Made by a program: the position numbers and the translations under genes. The notes beneath the pieces are model-generated. The model was not told the origin of the DNA, did no database searches, and worked only from the letters and a program-made list of their open reading frames with translations. This document shows, piece after piece, positions 52,801 through 64,000 of a stretch of DNA of 64,000 nucleotides. How positions within the stretch are numbered: the stretch's first letter is position 1; every line of letters starts with the position of its first letter. Source of the DNA: Cetorhinus maximus (Eukaryota); contig NC_135902.1 of the NCBI RefSeq assembly GCF_964194155.1, positions 48,236,001 through 48,300,000 on the forward strand, given 5' to 3'.

Positions 52801-55800
52801 ATGTGAGGTGAAGTCATTTCGCTACAAAGAGTGATCGGGTAAAGTAAAAACAAGGTGTTTATAGTGGGAAATCCAGAATAATTTGACGTAATCAACTTAA
52901 GCCTTTTAAAAATGAATCTGTATGCCTAGTGAACTGTGAAAATGAGTATCTATAACCTCACAGCAGTGCTCAATCAGTTGAGGCATTTAAAAAGGGAGTA
53001 GATGTTCACTTGAGAAGTAAGAGTTTTAAGGTATGTGCAGAACGGTGAGATATCGAGATTAAAATAGTAGAACAGCCATGACTAACAAAATGAAGTAGAG
53101 TTGCTGGGCTGAGTGGCCTCCCCCTGTTGCTATGAAACCCTGAGCCTGTATGCTCTAGTATAACTGTTTCATTCTTTGTTTCATTAAGCCCCTCTGCAAG
53201 GGCTATTCCAAGGTGTTTGGTCTCAGCTGAAGAGCCTAGTTTATAAACACTTCAGCCAGGATTTAAAATAATTCCAAATCTCGGGCATGTGAAGTGAAAC
53301 TTTTTAAATGGGTCGGGTTAAAGTGAAATTTCCTATATATAAAAAAGAACCTCTCTCTCTGTTTCTCCCCCACCTGTCATTTTAAAATCCAGGATCAATG
53401 TAAAGCCGCAAGACAATGCTGTATCATTGTAAGAAAATATTGTACCTGGAATGTAAAAGTGTCAGTCATGTGGACTGCACACATTAGTCATGACCACACC
53501 TCCCCATGCTAAAACCATGTCATTGTTTGATGGAGGGGAGATATCTGTGAACAACCTAGAGGGAGGAGAGTGGAGCAGCAAACGATCCATGGTGTCTGAT
53601 TTTTTTTTCTCTGCCAGAATGATTCTGTAAAGTGGCAAGAGATTCGAGAGCGAATCCAAGACAGTGACTTGCATTTAGATAGTGCCTTTAACATAGATGC
53701 CCCAAGGTGCTACCCACAGGTATTATCAGGTGTAATTTGACACAGAGCCAGATTGGGAAAGGTGAGGTGGGTTATGGGGATCACCTTCAAGGAGAAAGGG
53801 AGATGTGATTTAGGGAGGGAATCCCTGAACTTAGGGCTTAGACAACCAAAGCATGGTCCCTGCTGGTTGAGTCCAGGAAATCAGGGAATACATGAGTCAG
53901 GGTTCTCCAGAAGTGTGTGAAGGTCTGGTTTTTGAGATTCAATTCTATGTTTGAATGAATTGCATTTTATGTTGTCTTACAGTAAATGTTTGCATTCTGT
54001 TTACTGAGGGTGCGCAGTGATGATTGATATGAGGGGTGTTGTTGATGCTTGTTCTCACCCTACTATCACTTCCTGAGGAGGGAAGGTAAAGGGTGAATTG
54101 GGCGGGGATGGGGGTGCGGGGCGGGGGAATCTCTAGACAATCCATTGATGCCTTGTCCCATTTCTCCCAAGTATTGAGGAGCTGATCCCAGCTCTGTTGT
54201 TGGTTAGAGACTGAGACAATACATTGCCCCTCAGGATGAGAAGCAAAAAATAAAAACAAACAGCCCAAGTCAGCACTCGTGCTGTTTTCTAGTGCCTCTC
54301 AGTAGCCTGTATCACAGAGAGGTTATTTTGAGCTGGAGGTAGATCACCTGCCCTCTCCTGGGGGTCAACTCCAGAGTAGACGAGGGACCTTTCACAAGGC
54401 AAATCTTCACCCTTCCCCTGGCAGTCATCTGAGACCATTGTGACTTTTATAAATCATCAAAGGGGTGTTTCAGGTCGTGATCTTGTTTTAACTGAAGGTT
54501 GTTTTTTTGTACAGGGCTAAATATGCAGTTGGCGCCATCAAGAAGAAGCTGAATGATAAAAATCCCCATGTGGTTCTTTACACTCTGGAGGTGAGCTTTC
54601 CCCATTACAACACTGAGCTTACTCACAAGGTTTATATGCTGTGAGCCCCATGTGGGTCTGGCATGCTGAGCCATTAGTTGTCTTTGGCTGGTACTTGCCC
54701 TCTAGCGGCTGTCTATGGACAATCTATGGCAATATAATTTACTAGTTGTAATGGATTATTTTGCAGGGTGGTCTTGGAGCTTTACCAGGCTCAAATGGCC
54801 AGTCTGTTTTGCCGGAACTCCGTATTTTCATATTTGTTGCTTGATTCTTCTTCAGGTTTTGGAATCTGTGGTGAAGAACTGTGGCCAAACTGTTCACGAT
54901 GAAGTTGCTAATAAACAAACAATGGAGGAGCTCAAAGAACTATTTAAGGTAACTTGTGCAACTATTTGCACCAGTTTTGAAACAGACTTTTTTGGTGTGT
55001 GTTAGAGTTCAGGGCTCCCTCCCCCCCCCCCCAGCCAATGTCTCAGTTGATAAAGTGCTCTGTTTATTATAGCGGTGGACTGAGCAGGTGCAATTCCTAG
55101 ACTCTGCTGACTCAGCCAGAATGGCAACAACTGAACTCCATATCCATAGATTGAGATGTGAACAAACATACAAATTAGAAGCAGGAGTAGGCCATTTGGC
55201 CCCTCGAACCTGCTCCACCATTTGATAAGATCATGGCTGATCTGATTATAGCCTCTACTATCCTGCCTACCCCCTATACCCTTTGATTCCCTTGTCAGTC
55301 AAGAATCTATCTATCTCTCCCTTAAGAATATTCAATGACCCTGCCTCAACTGCTCCCCGGGGAAGAGAATTCCACAGACTAACAATCCCCTGAGATTAAA
55401 AAAAAATTCTCCTCACCTCCATGTTAAATGAAAGACACCTTATTTTAAAACTCGGTCCCCTGGTTCTAGTGTCTCCCGCAAGGGGAAACATCCTTTCAGC
55501 ATCCACCCTGTCAAGACCCCTCAGGACCTTATATGTTTCAATAAGATCACCTCTCCTTCTAAACTCCAATGGACACAGGTCCAAATTGTCCAACCTTTCC
55601 TCCTAAGATAACACCCCCCACCCCCTCCAATCCTAGGGATCAATTGAGCGAACCTTCTCTGTACCGCTTTTAATATAATTATATCCTTTCTTAAATAAAG
55701 AGACCTAAACAGAACTCCAGATGTGGCCTCATCAATGTTCTGTACAACTGTAGCAAAACTTCCCGACTTTTACATTCCATTCCCCTTCTCCCAGAGTTCC

Positions 55801-58338
55801 TATTCCTCACCCTCTGTAAGTCCAGTCAGCAAATTGCTACTCCTGACAGAAGCCACTCGGTGTGATTATTCTCTGAGAGGTAACTGGCTCTTGTTAAGAG
55901 GTACAGAGGTTGGCCTGAACTTGGGGAATTGGACAGTAAGTATCCAAAGCGTTCAGGAAAGATGGGGGAATAATGCTGAGCAATGGAAATACTAAATGAA
56001 GCTATAAGGAACTGTAATGTCACTCTCAAAAGTAAATAATACAAATGTAATATCTCATTTTAAACAACTTGTCCATAACTAAATAATATAGAAACAGTGG
56101 GTCTGAAGCCATTTTGGCAGCTTATTCATTTTGTATTGATTTCTTGCAGTATAATTATTCTTTTTTCCACTTTGCTCCACTGCTTCACCTTTCCATTTCT
56201 TTACCTTTCTCAAATTCACAAATTGTTTTCAAGTTTAAACTTGGCGAGCTGATAAATCATCGCCTCCCTGCCCCCACCCCATATCCTTTGACTACCATAT
56301 CCCCATGGGTAACAATCAATATAATGCGCTGATCAAGGGTCATCGACCTGAAACATTAATTCTGCTCCCTTCTCCATAGATGCTGCTTGACCTGCTGAGT
56401 ATTTCAAGCGTTTTCTGTTTTTATATCACATTTCCAGCATCTGCAGTGTTTTGCTCCTGTACCCGTCTCTTTGAGATGGTGTCATCCNNNNNNNNNNNNN
56501 NNNNNNNNNNNNNNNNNNNNNNNNNNNNNNNNNNNNNNNNNNNNNNNNNNNNNNNNNNNNNNNNNNNNNNNNNNNNNNNNNNNNNNNNNNNNNNNNNNNN
56601 NNNNNNNNNNNNNNNNNNNNNNNNNNNNNNNNNNNNNNNNNNNNNNNNNNNNNNNNNNNNNNNNNNNNNNNNNNNNNNNNNNNNNNNNNNNNNNNNNNNN
56701 NNNNNNNNNNNNNNNNNNNNNNNNNNNNNNNNNNNNNNNTCTTTTAATGGAGTCTGACTCTGGTTTGGTTAAGCATAGAAATGGTTTGTTGGAAATACCC
56801 ATGTACTGTAGGAATCCACTCACCTCGGCTTCCACATTACAGTGATCTTCTTTTAAGCATGAGACTCCAATTTTCAACTTCCTCTGAAACTTTTTTAACC
56901 TGGATACAATCCCAGATATTTGACAGGGAGGCTCCTGTCTCACATTAGTGTTTAGACAGCATCTACTTCCTGATGATACAATGCATCTTGTGATTATAAA
57001 GTTGCATGGAGATCATCTGACTGAGGCTGAAATTGCTGACACTGCTCAAACTGCTGATGTGATTAAGGTGAGCAAACATTGCAGGATCATTAAACGGCCC
57101 GAAGTTCCAACCTTTTGGGGTTGGTGATTTTTATAGCACTTATTATTATCAGCCTCTGTCATGAATAGCTTTGTACGCAGGTTTACTTCCTCCTGCTAGG
57201 TGAAGCCAAGTAGTTCTAAGCAGTGACACAGCACACAATTCATGAGTGGGCTGACCTGTCTGACCAAATCAACATTCTGTCTTTGAAGTTGTCTAAGTGT
57301 TTGCACTCCTCCTCTCTTCCCCACTCCCATCCTCTTTTGGATGGTTTATATTATATTGTTGTTCAGTCTTAGATTTTAAAACAAAGAACTCCAGATTCCT
57401 TCAAACACCTGAATTTTTACACATAGCTGAGCTGCTTTGCTGAAATAGCTTCTTATTGTTGAAGTAATTTTATTAAATTTAAAAGAAAATACTAAGTTCC
57501 CAACATCCCCCCTGCCCCCCCTCCCCCATTTTCCTCCTTTTCCTTTCTCTTCCCCCACCCTTTCTCCTATTTAAATTGCTTTTACATGACTGAAGTTGAA
57601 TATCTTGCTCATTTATCAGCCCATCTGGAATTCCATTTGCGAGGTGGGGCCCAGATGGTTAGAGTTGACCTCGGGTACAGGGTTGTGATGAAACAAAATG
57701 GCACAGTGAGCGTTCAGTTTAAATTGCTATGAGATTCCTTCCCAGCAGATTCTAAATCTCAATTGTCAGCCCTTTTCTCTGGCTCTGTTAGAACAGAATT
57801 CAGTGATAGGGGACTTTATATTAATGTTGTCTCACTGTAGATGTTACCGAGTTTATTGTCTACCTGGTGCCTCTCTGATACCTTTGGTTTCTGGGAGGTG
57901 CGCATGGGGGACCACGGTTCCCTACCCTGCTGCTTTTGTTACTGTTTCAGTAAGCTTCTGTTCTGTGCTTCACAGAAACAGACAGAGTCTAACGTTCGGA
58001 CCAAGATCTTACAGCTGATCCAGGCTTGGGCTCAGGCATTCCGTAATGAACCCAAGTACAAAGTGGTACAGGACACCTACCAGATCATGAAGGTCGAAGG
58101 TGAGAAAATCTCCACAGCGGATCGCGGCAGCTGTGAATTTACCGACTTCTAAAAGAGTGTCATTAACTTTCCTGCCCTGCCCACCACTCTCCCCTTTTCC
58201 TTCTATACCGGAAGGTGCTGGATCAGGCTGGAGTGCAGTTTCCTGGTTACTCCTTCGAGTGACCAGTCTTATGTGAGTGGTCAGTAGCTATTTAGCTGCG
58301 GGAAACATCATAGTCCAAGTCCAATGCTGGCCTGGCCT

Positions 58339-58371
<33 letters not shown>

Positions 58372-61300
58372 CCCCCCGCACCCCAGCTCCCACAACCATG
58401 CAGTTTCAGTGGATGGGAACAGGGGTAGGCTATTCGACCCACTAGCATTTTGTTAGCTGCAGTAGGTTTTGCCTTTTTAATTCAAATTGCCTGCTCTTTC
58501 ACCATCATCCCTTAATACCCTCCCAAGTGGCATCTATCTTTTTTAATTGATGCTGTAGATACAGGACAGTACATTTCACACAAGGTTGTGAGAATGTGTA
58601 GAGATTTGTGATTAGGGACAAGAGCCTTGACTTGACTTCCACCTCTGCCCATGCTGGGGCCCCCAGACTCCCGACTACCGTTCTGGTTGAGATCAGATCA
58701 ATCAGCAAGGCCAGGGATTGAACCCTGAGCACTCCTAGGCTTTAAGGAGTGTCTTAAAGGAGCAAAGTGAGGCACAGAGGTTTAGGGAGGGTATTCCAAA
58801 ACTGGGGGCCCGGGCAGTTGAAGGCACAGCCACCAAGTGTAGAGTAATTAATATCAGGGATGGTCAAGAGGCCGGAATTAATGGAACGCAGGTACTTTGG
58901 AGGGTTGGGGGCTGGAAGAGATTACAGAGATAGGGAGGAGCGAGACCATGGAGGGGTTTTGAAACTCGGATGAGGATTTTAAAATCAGACTTTGCTCGAC
59001 TGGGAGCCAACGTAGGTCAATCGGCACAGGTGTGATAGTTTGCTGTGAGTTGCAGAGTTTTGGATGACCAGAAGTTTACAGGGGGTAGAATGTGGGAGAG
59101 CAGCCAGGGGTGCATTGGAATAGTCGAGTCTAGAGGTCACTAGAGGGTTTCAGCAGTAGATCCCCAACTATTTATTTGCTCTGCTGTTAGGGTAAGACTG
59201 CTGGATACATGTATTCTTTACTCATATTTAATGAACACCATGTGGAAAAATTAATACCTTATTTATAACATCAACTATACAGAGACTGTGCACTTGGTTC
59301 CTGATCTGCTGCTGACTGATTACTCTAGTTTCTGGTGCTGTTGCCCAAACTTTGAGCTCTACTGTGATTTCTTGGATTTCTGGACAGTTTTGAGCATGAT
59401 TTTCTTTTTTTAATAGGCCTTTGTGCTCACTGTGTAAACCTGCTTTATCATCTTTGTGCACATGACTCCTGATCAGGCTAGAACTACCTCTTTCACTTCG
59501 AGTTCGAGCTGCCCTATAATATTCTCAGGGCATGTGCCCCTTGTAGCAAAGTAAAGTGTGATTGGTAACTAGTTTGGCTTTATTTTAGTATTTGCTTCTA
59601 AAAATAAAACGTGTTTAATTGATTCCCAGTGACTTCTGGCCCCTGATCTAGTTGACCTGCTGTCCTGCCAGCGGTAAAAGTTTTTTTTTAAATTGTGCTT
59701 GTCGACATAAGGGGTCTTTGTCCTGGGGAGTATAATGCATTGCCTCCCAGTGTCAGGGTTACTGTTGTAGCCATGGGCCTGATGGAGAGGGGGAACTTGG
59801 CCTGAGTCAAATTGGATGCCAGGTCCAAAAGACAAATGGATAGCTTGGTAGCCCAATGCCACGCTTTACAAAGTGATGTACCTGAGGGAAACTCAGATTC
59901 CAAGGGGTTTCAGGCCTTTTAATTGTCCTAATTTTGTAGAGCAGGATGGTTAGTTTGGGTGCCAAGTTTTGAGAATGCGTCTTTCTCTTTTACTTTCTGG
60001 TGCCGTGTAGGCAGCACTGCTTAATCTTCTTAGTTTCCCATTTGATAAGTCCAGAGAAAAGATAGAGAGCGGGTTGCCAGCAGGTGGTGAGTCCCGTTCT
60101 TTCACTAGAGCAGAGCCTCCTGATTTTTCGAGAGGATGTGCTATACAAAATATTGTCCCTCAGGCTTCCTTTAACCTGCTGTTTTAAAACACATAATTCC
60201 TCGACTTAAAGACCTCAGTAAATATGGTTGTGTCTCTTTAGGAAAATGATTGTTTGGTTTATTTAACTCAGAAATGCATGCTTCTCCTTTTAGTTTAGTG
60301 CATTACACTGAAGTGATTCTACGGCTTTTGCTTTCAGTTGGCTAATCAGTGCCTTCCTTATAAAGTTTAAGCTGCATGAGAAAGTTTGTAACAAGAAAAT
60401 ACCACTCATCCCCTGCAGTTTGCACTGTTTCTGACTCTCTCTAAAGCCAAAAAAGATTTGCATCTTTTCAGAATTCTCTTGTGTCTTTCAAATGTTCCAA
60501 AGCTCCTCACACAGAATGAGATCTCTGGTGCAGTTCTGTGAGATAGTGGCAACCATTTTGGGTACTGCAAAGGCCCACAGACTACAGTGAGGTAAATGAC
60601 CAGTTGTTTTTTTAATGACTTTGTGTGAGGGTGGAATGTTGCCAGGATGTCAGGAGTGCCCCGAACCGCTAACACCCGCCTGAACCCTGGATCAGGCAGT
60701 GGAGCCTCAGTTGAGCAACTCCAACAATCAGCATTCCCTCAGCACTACACTGAAATGTCAGCCTAGATCATCCATTCAAGCCCCAGATTAGGGCTTGAAC
60801 ATGTCATCTTCTAACTCACTGAACCAAGTTGATACCCTGTTGCACCCCTGCCCCAAAGATAACTGAGCAAAATCTCCAGGATAGCTGCCTTAAAATTTAT
60901 AGTCTCTGTCGTTCGTAAGACATTTCAATGTTTTTTTATGGAAGAGAAACCAGCAACTGAGTTATTAGAAAAGGCTAGAAAAACATGGGCTCTTCAGCCT
61001 TGGCAGGTGGTGACCGAGTGTAGAGAAGTGACGCCTCATCACCAGTGTTGTAGGATTGAGTTATGATAAAGGATTGAAGAAACTCTCTGGGCCTTTGGCC
61101 TTGGAAGGTCCTGACTGAAAGGGAGTTTCTTCATGGTATGTGCTACAGTAAATCTGGAACAGTATTTTAAATTAAATGAAATAAAAGGAGACAGGTTCAA
61201 AAAAGGGCAAGCAAATTTGAAAAATCGATCATCACTTGGAATAGCCTGGGCAAAATGCCTAGAATTATTTAAGGAATAGTTAGATGTTATGCTGAGGTTT

Positions 61301-62807
61301 GGGATTGACTTTTTGGGTGAGCAGAGATAGCTGAATGGCCGCCTTGATTTGGATTGACTTTGTGATGCTTACTTTTTAGACCAGGTTTTTATCCAGAATT
61401 TTGTGATCAGTAACTTTCCAACAGCATTAATCAACATAACTTCTTTTTAAACCAAAAATGAACTTCATCTCCTTTGGAGGACTCTGGGGCATCAATTTTC
61501 AACTTCTCTCCATTCCCTGTTCTGGGGTATTTGCTGAGGTGTGGGTCTGTGCTGCATGCAGATTGATATGCTGCAGATGACACTGAACAGTGGGTGTGGA
61601 GAGTGCAATCCCTGTGTATAATGATTAAGACATGCAGTGCATGTATTTTAATGTTCTGTTTTAATTCTAATATCTTATCACCATTGCAGGGAACACCTTT
61701 CCAGAGTTTAAGGAGAGCGATGCCATGTTTGTTTCTGAAAGGGTAAGAGGCGTCAATACCAGTCTTTCCTTTATTTGGAGTTGATATAAATTCTTTAACA
61801 AGTCAAATGAAGGCAAGGTGGATGGTGCTTCCTATGTTATAAATGCTGGGCACTTTGTAAGCAAATGTTAATGTTGGTGAATTCACCACAACAAACACTC
61901 TTCCTTGAGTCCATATTCACTGTGGGGAAAATTGGGCAAAAATATCAGAAGAGCGTTTTTTTTTAAACCTATGATGTGTGCAGGATTTATTTTCCATTGA
62001 ATATTGTACTAACAATGCCTGCACCTAGTTCCTGTGGTGGTGAGAGGTGGTGAGGAGTGGTCACCGCTGTTTAGAAGAAAGCAGGGTTGGATTTCCATAG
62101 CACCTTTGGCAACTGCTAATGAAGCACTTTTGAAGTATTATCACTGTTATAATATAGGGAAGGTGACAGCCAGCTTGTGCATGGTGAGAAAACCCTCCCT
62201 CAAGTCCATAGTATGCTAAGGGTTTTTTGTCTCTATCTGCAGGCTCCTGATTGGGTAGATGCTGAAGAATGTCACCGGTGCAGAGTGCAGTTTGGTGTGG
62301 TAACAAGGAAAGTAAGTTCATCCTCAGCCTTTCCTGTGGATCGGGATATTTTTATTATTGTTCCACGATCAGTCATAACATGCGAATCTCATCGAATGAA
62401 TGGTTAAGATGTTTTGGCAGCCTTTAAACAAGGCTACTGTTGGGGATGTATTCGATCAAAAGAACCTGATTTCTACAACATATTTAATTATTGCTTCATA
62501 ACCTATAAAAATACCTCTGGAGCATAGTCACTGTTGTAAGGTAGGGTAACATGGCAGCCAGTTGTGAACAGCAAGATAAATAACTGGATTGTCTGGTTTT
62601 TAAGCGCACAAACATTTGTCAAATTGAGCAATGCTGGATTTTATTAATTCAATACTGTTCTATTTTTGACTCTGTTTGACAGCATCACTGTAGAGCATGT
62701 GGCCAGATCTTCTGCGGGAAGTGTTCCTCCAAGTCCTCCACGATCCCCAAATTTGGGATTGAGAAAGAAGTCCGAGTTTGTGAGCCATGCTTTGAGCAGC
62801 TGAACAA
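46813..62807 (+). CDS. HGS: Hepatocyte growth factor-regulated tyrosine kinase substrate (Hrs, ESCRT-0), exons 1-8, 3'-partial
   Basis: Eight GT-AG exons in frame. VHS domain (KATSQLLLETDWESILQICDLIRQGD...) and FYVE domain (WVDAEECHRC, RKHHCRACG, RVCEPC) match recalled human HGS. Confidence 0.97.
48560..48735 (-). mobile_element. Short LINE 3' fragment (same family)
   Basis: gcatttattgcccttgagaaggtggtggtgag...gacccagcgacagtgaagg. Confidence 0.75.
49650..49734 (+). CDS. HGS: HGS exon 2 (DKATSQLLLETDW...GDAQ)
   Basis: aacag| acceptor, |gtaggt donor, 85 bp. Confidence 0.95.
51243..52690 (-). mobile_element. CR1-clade non-LTR retrotransposon fragment (RT + 3' end), degenerate
   Basis: LESMGIRGKTLCWLESYL...GVPQGSVLGPTIFSCFINNL...FIDDCTI; 3' end shared with copies at 18185, 19790, 32935 and 48565. 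Confidence 0.9.
54515..54590 (+). CDS. HGS: HGS exon 3 (AKYAVGAIKKKLNDKNPHVVLYTLE)
   Basis: tacag| acceptor, |gtgagc donor, 76 bp. Confidence 0.95.
54856..54948 (+). CDS. HGS: HGS exon 4 (VLESVVKNCG...KELFK)
   Basis: ttcag| acceptor, |gtaact donor, 93 bp. Confidence 0.95.
55165..55790 (-). mobile_element. CR1-like LINE 3' fragment (second family)
   Basis: LEFRRRGDLIETYKVLRGLDRVDAERMFPL...TRG typical of the CR1 ORF2 C-terminus. Confidence 0.85.
56488..56740. other. Assembly gap (N run)
   Basis: Run of n characters. Confidence 0.99.
57976..58099 (+). CDS. HGS: HGS exon 5 (KQTESNVRTKIL...MKVEG)
   Basis: cacag| acceptor, |gtgaga donor, 124 bp. Confidence 0.95.
58738..59160 (-). mobile_element. 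L2-like LINE 3' fragment
   Basis: tttaaggagtgtcttaaaggag...gaggtttagggagggtattcca...gttgaaggcacagcc; related pieces at 53660-53900 and 34190-34350. Confidence 0.55.
60450..60835 (-). mobile_element. Deu-type SINE, degenerate (antisense)
   Basis: cagcattccctcagcactacactg core in reverse. Confidence 0.55.
61690..61742 (+). CDS. HGS: HGS exon 6 (NTFPEFKESDAMFVSER)
   Basis: tgcag| acceptor, |gtaaga donor, 53 bp. Confidence 0.95.
62243..62311 (+). CDS. HGS: HGS exon 7 (APDWVDAEECHRCRVQFGVVTRK)
   Basis: tgcag| acceptor, |gtaagt donor, 69 bp. Confidence 0.96.
62683..62807 (+). CDS. HGS: HGS exon 8 (HHCRACGQIFC...EQLN)
   Basis: gacag| acceptor, |gttagt donor, 125 bp. Confidence 0.95.
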
Positions 62808-64000
62808 GTTAGTAACTTTGGTCTTTAACCAGGTCTGAAGTCCTACAGATTATGTGCAGGGACGGCCAGTTAGATTTCATTAAAGGATTCACTGTGCACT
62901 CGAGGGCCTCCTGTTTCACCCCTCTCTACAATTGTCTAGTATCTGGATGATGCTGAGTTAAGGTAAGGCACTTCTTTTGGGGGAGGGAGGGGAGAGCTCC
63001 TGAGTAAAGTCAACTCTCAAGATGCTGCATACAGACTGGAACCTGTCAAATAAGAGTTGAGGTTCAGCCTTGCTATTCTGAATGTTACAAAGGAAGGTAC
63101 GTAAACCCTTGGAGTTATTCCTGGTTGACATAAAACTCACGACTTGGAAGCAGCTTAGAAGCAATCACTCCTCCCCATCATGTGGCGTCATTGGATAGCT
63201 CATCTGGACAATCCTGTCACCATCTTCATTTGTATCATCACTTCAGGAAACTTTACCCACTAGTGTGTGTTAGTCAACAGGAAATGAAAAGGGTCATCAG
63301 GCATGACTCTTATTTTGTTTTTCTCCTCCTCCTGGCTGGGGACACCATAACCTCCCCCCGCCCCCCCCACTCTGCTCAATGTGATTCAGAGTTGGAACTG
63401 AAGAGAGAGGGGCAGGAGCCTATGTGCAGTCTCAGCCTACTACACTGAGCATTACACACTGAGCATTACTCGCTGTGCTGTGATGATGTTACATTTTTTA
63501 GTAATATACTAGTAAATTATCTATGGTTTTGCTCACAGTTGATTGATAAATTCAGTGTTTTTATCTATGCAAGGTGGTGACAGTGGGAGTAAATGTTCAG
63601 AAACATGCTCCACAGAGCCACATGGTGCCTGGAGCCTGCAACGGGAGCAGTTGACATACCAAAACTGAGCGGCAGCATTGCAGCCATTGCAAAGGCTAAT
63701 GTCGATGTAAAAATGTAACTTAAAAACTAACAATGGGAAGTGAGATTAGTGAGTAGAGAGCACATGCTCTACATCACTATTTCATCAAATATTGATGGTC
63801 TTAAAAATGGCCATTCTTTATCTGGCTTGGCATATTTGATGATGGACCTTTGGAAATGGCTGTGGGTAGAATGCAGTCTAAAAAAAAAGAATAAAGTACA
63901 TTTGAATCATGTACAGGTGTTCAGAGTTCACACGTCCACATGTCAGTTGACCTTATCTGCATAAAAACTATTGTTTTATTGCCCACTTCCATAGCTGTTG

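Noticed and set aside
56380-56943. ORFs spanning the N gap (also at 8828-9643)
   Set aside because: Artefacts of translating N runs.

Overview
Vertebrate genomic DNA. The repeat families (Deu-type SINEs, CR1/L2-type LINEs, Penelope-like elements) suggest a cartilaginous fish, but that is inference. The window holds four intron-containing genes in two head-to-head pairs. SGSH is on the - strand (coding exons 1-7; the last exon lies left of the window), back-to-back with SLC26A11 on + (16 coding exons, ~590 aa, complete). ARL16 is on - (5 exons, 176 aa, complete; intron 1 is a U12-type AT-AC intron), back-to-back with HGS on + (exons 1-8: VHS and FYVE domains; the gene continues past the window). 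The SGSH/SLC26A11 promoter carries two CLEAR/E-box motifs, and the ARL16/HGS promoter carries an RFX X-box and CRE palindromes. Introns contain SINEs, LINE fragments, a truncated Penelope-like RT/GIY-YIG element, hammerhead-like relics, minisatellites and two N gaps. The most unusual signal is two independent minisatellites whose unit is a copy of the adjacent exon/intron junction: 16 extra perfect U12 donors (ATATCCTTT) directly behind ARL16 exon 1, and 12 extra U2 donors directly behind SGSH exon 4. A small inversion with inverted-duplicated breakpoints that splits a CR1 copy is also readable. Exon boundaries were derived by hand from splice signals, frame continuity and recalled human protein sequences. 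Repeat boundaries are approximate.
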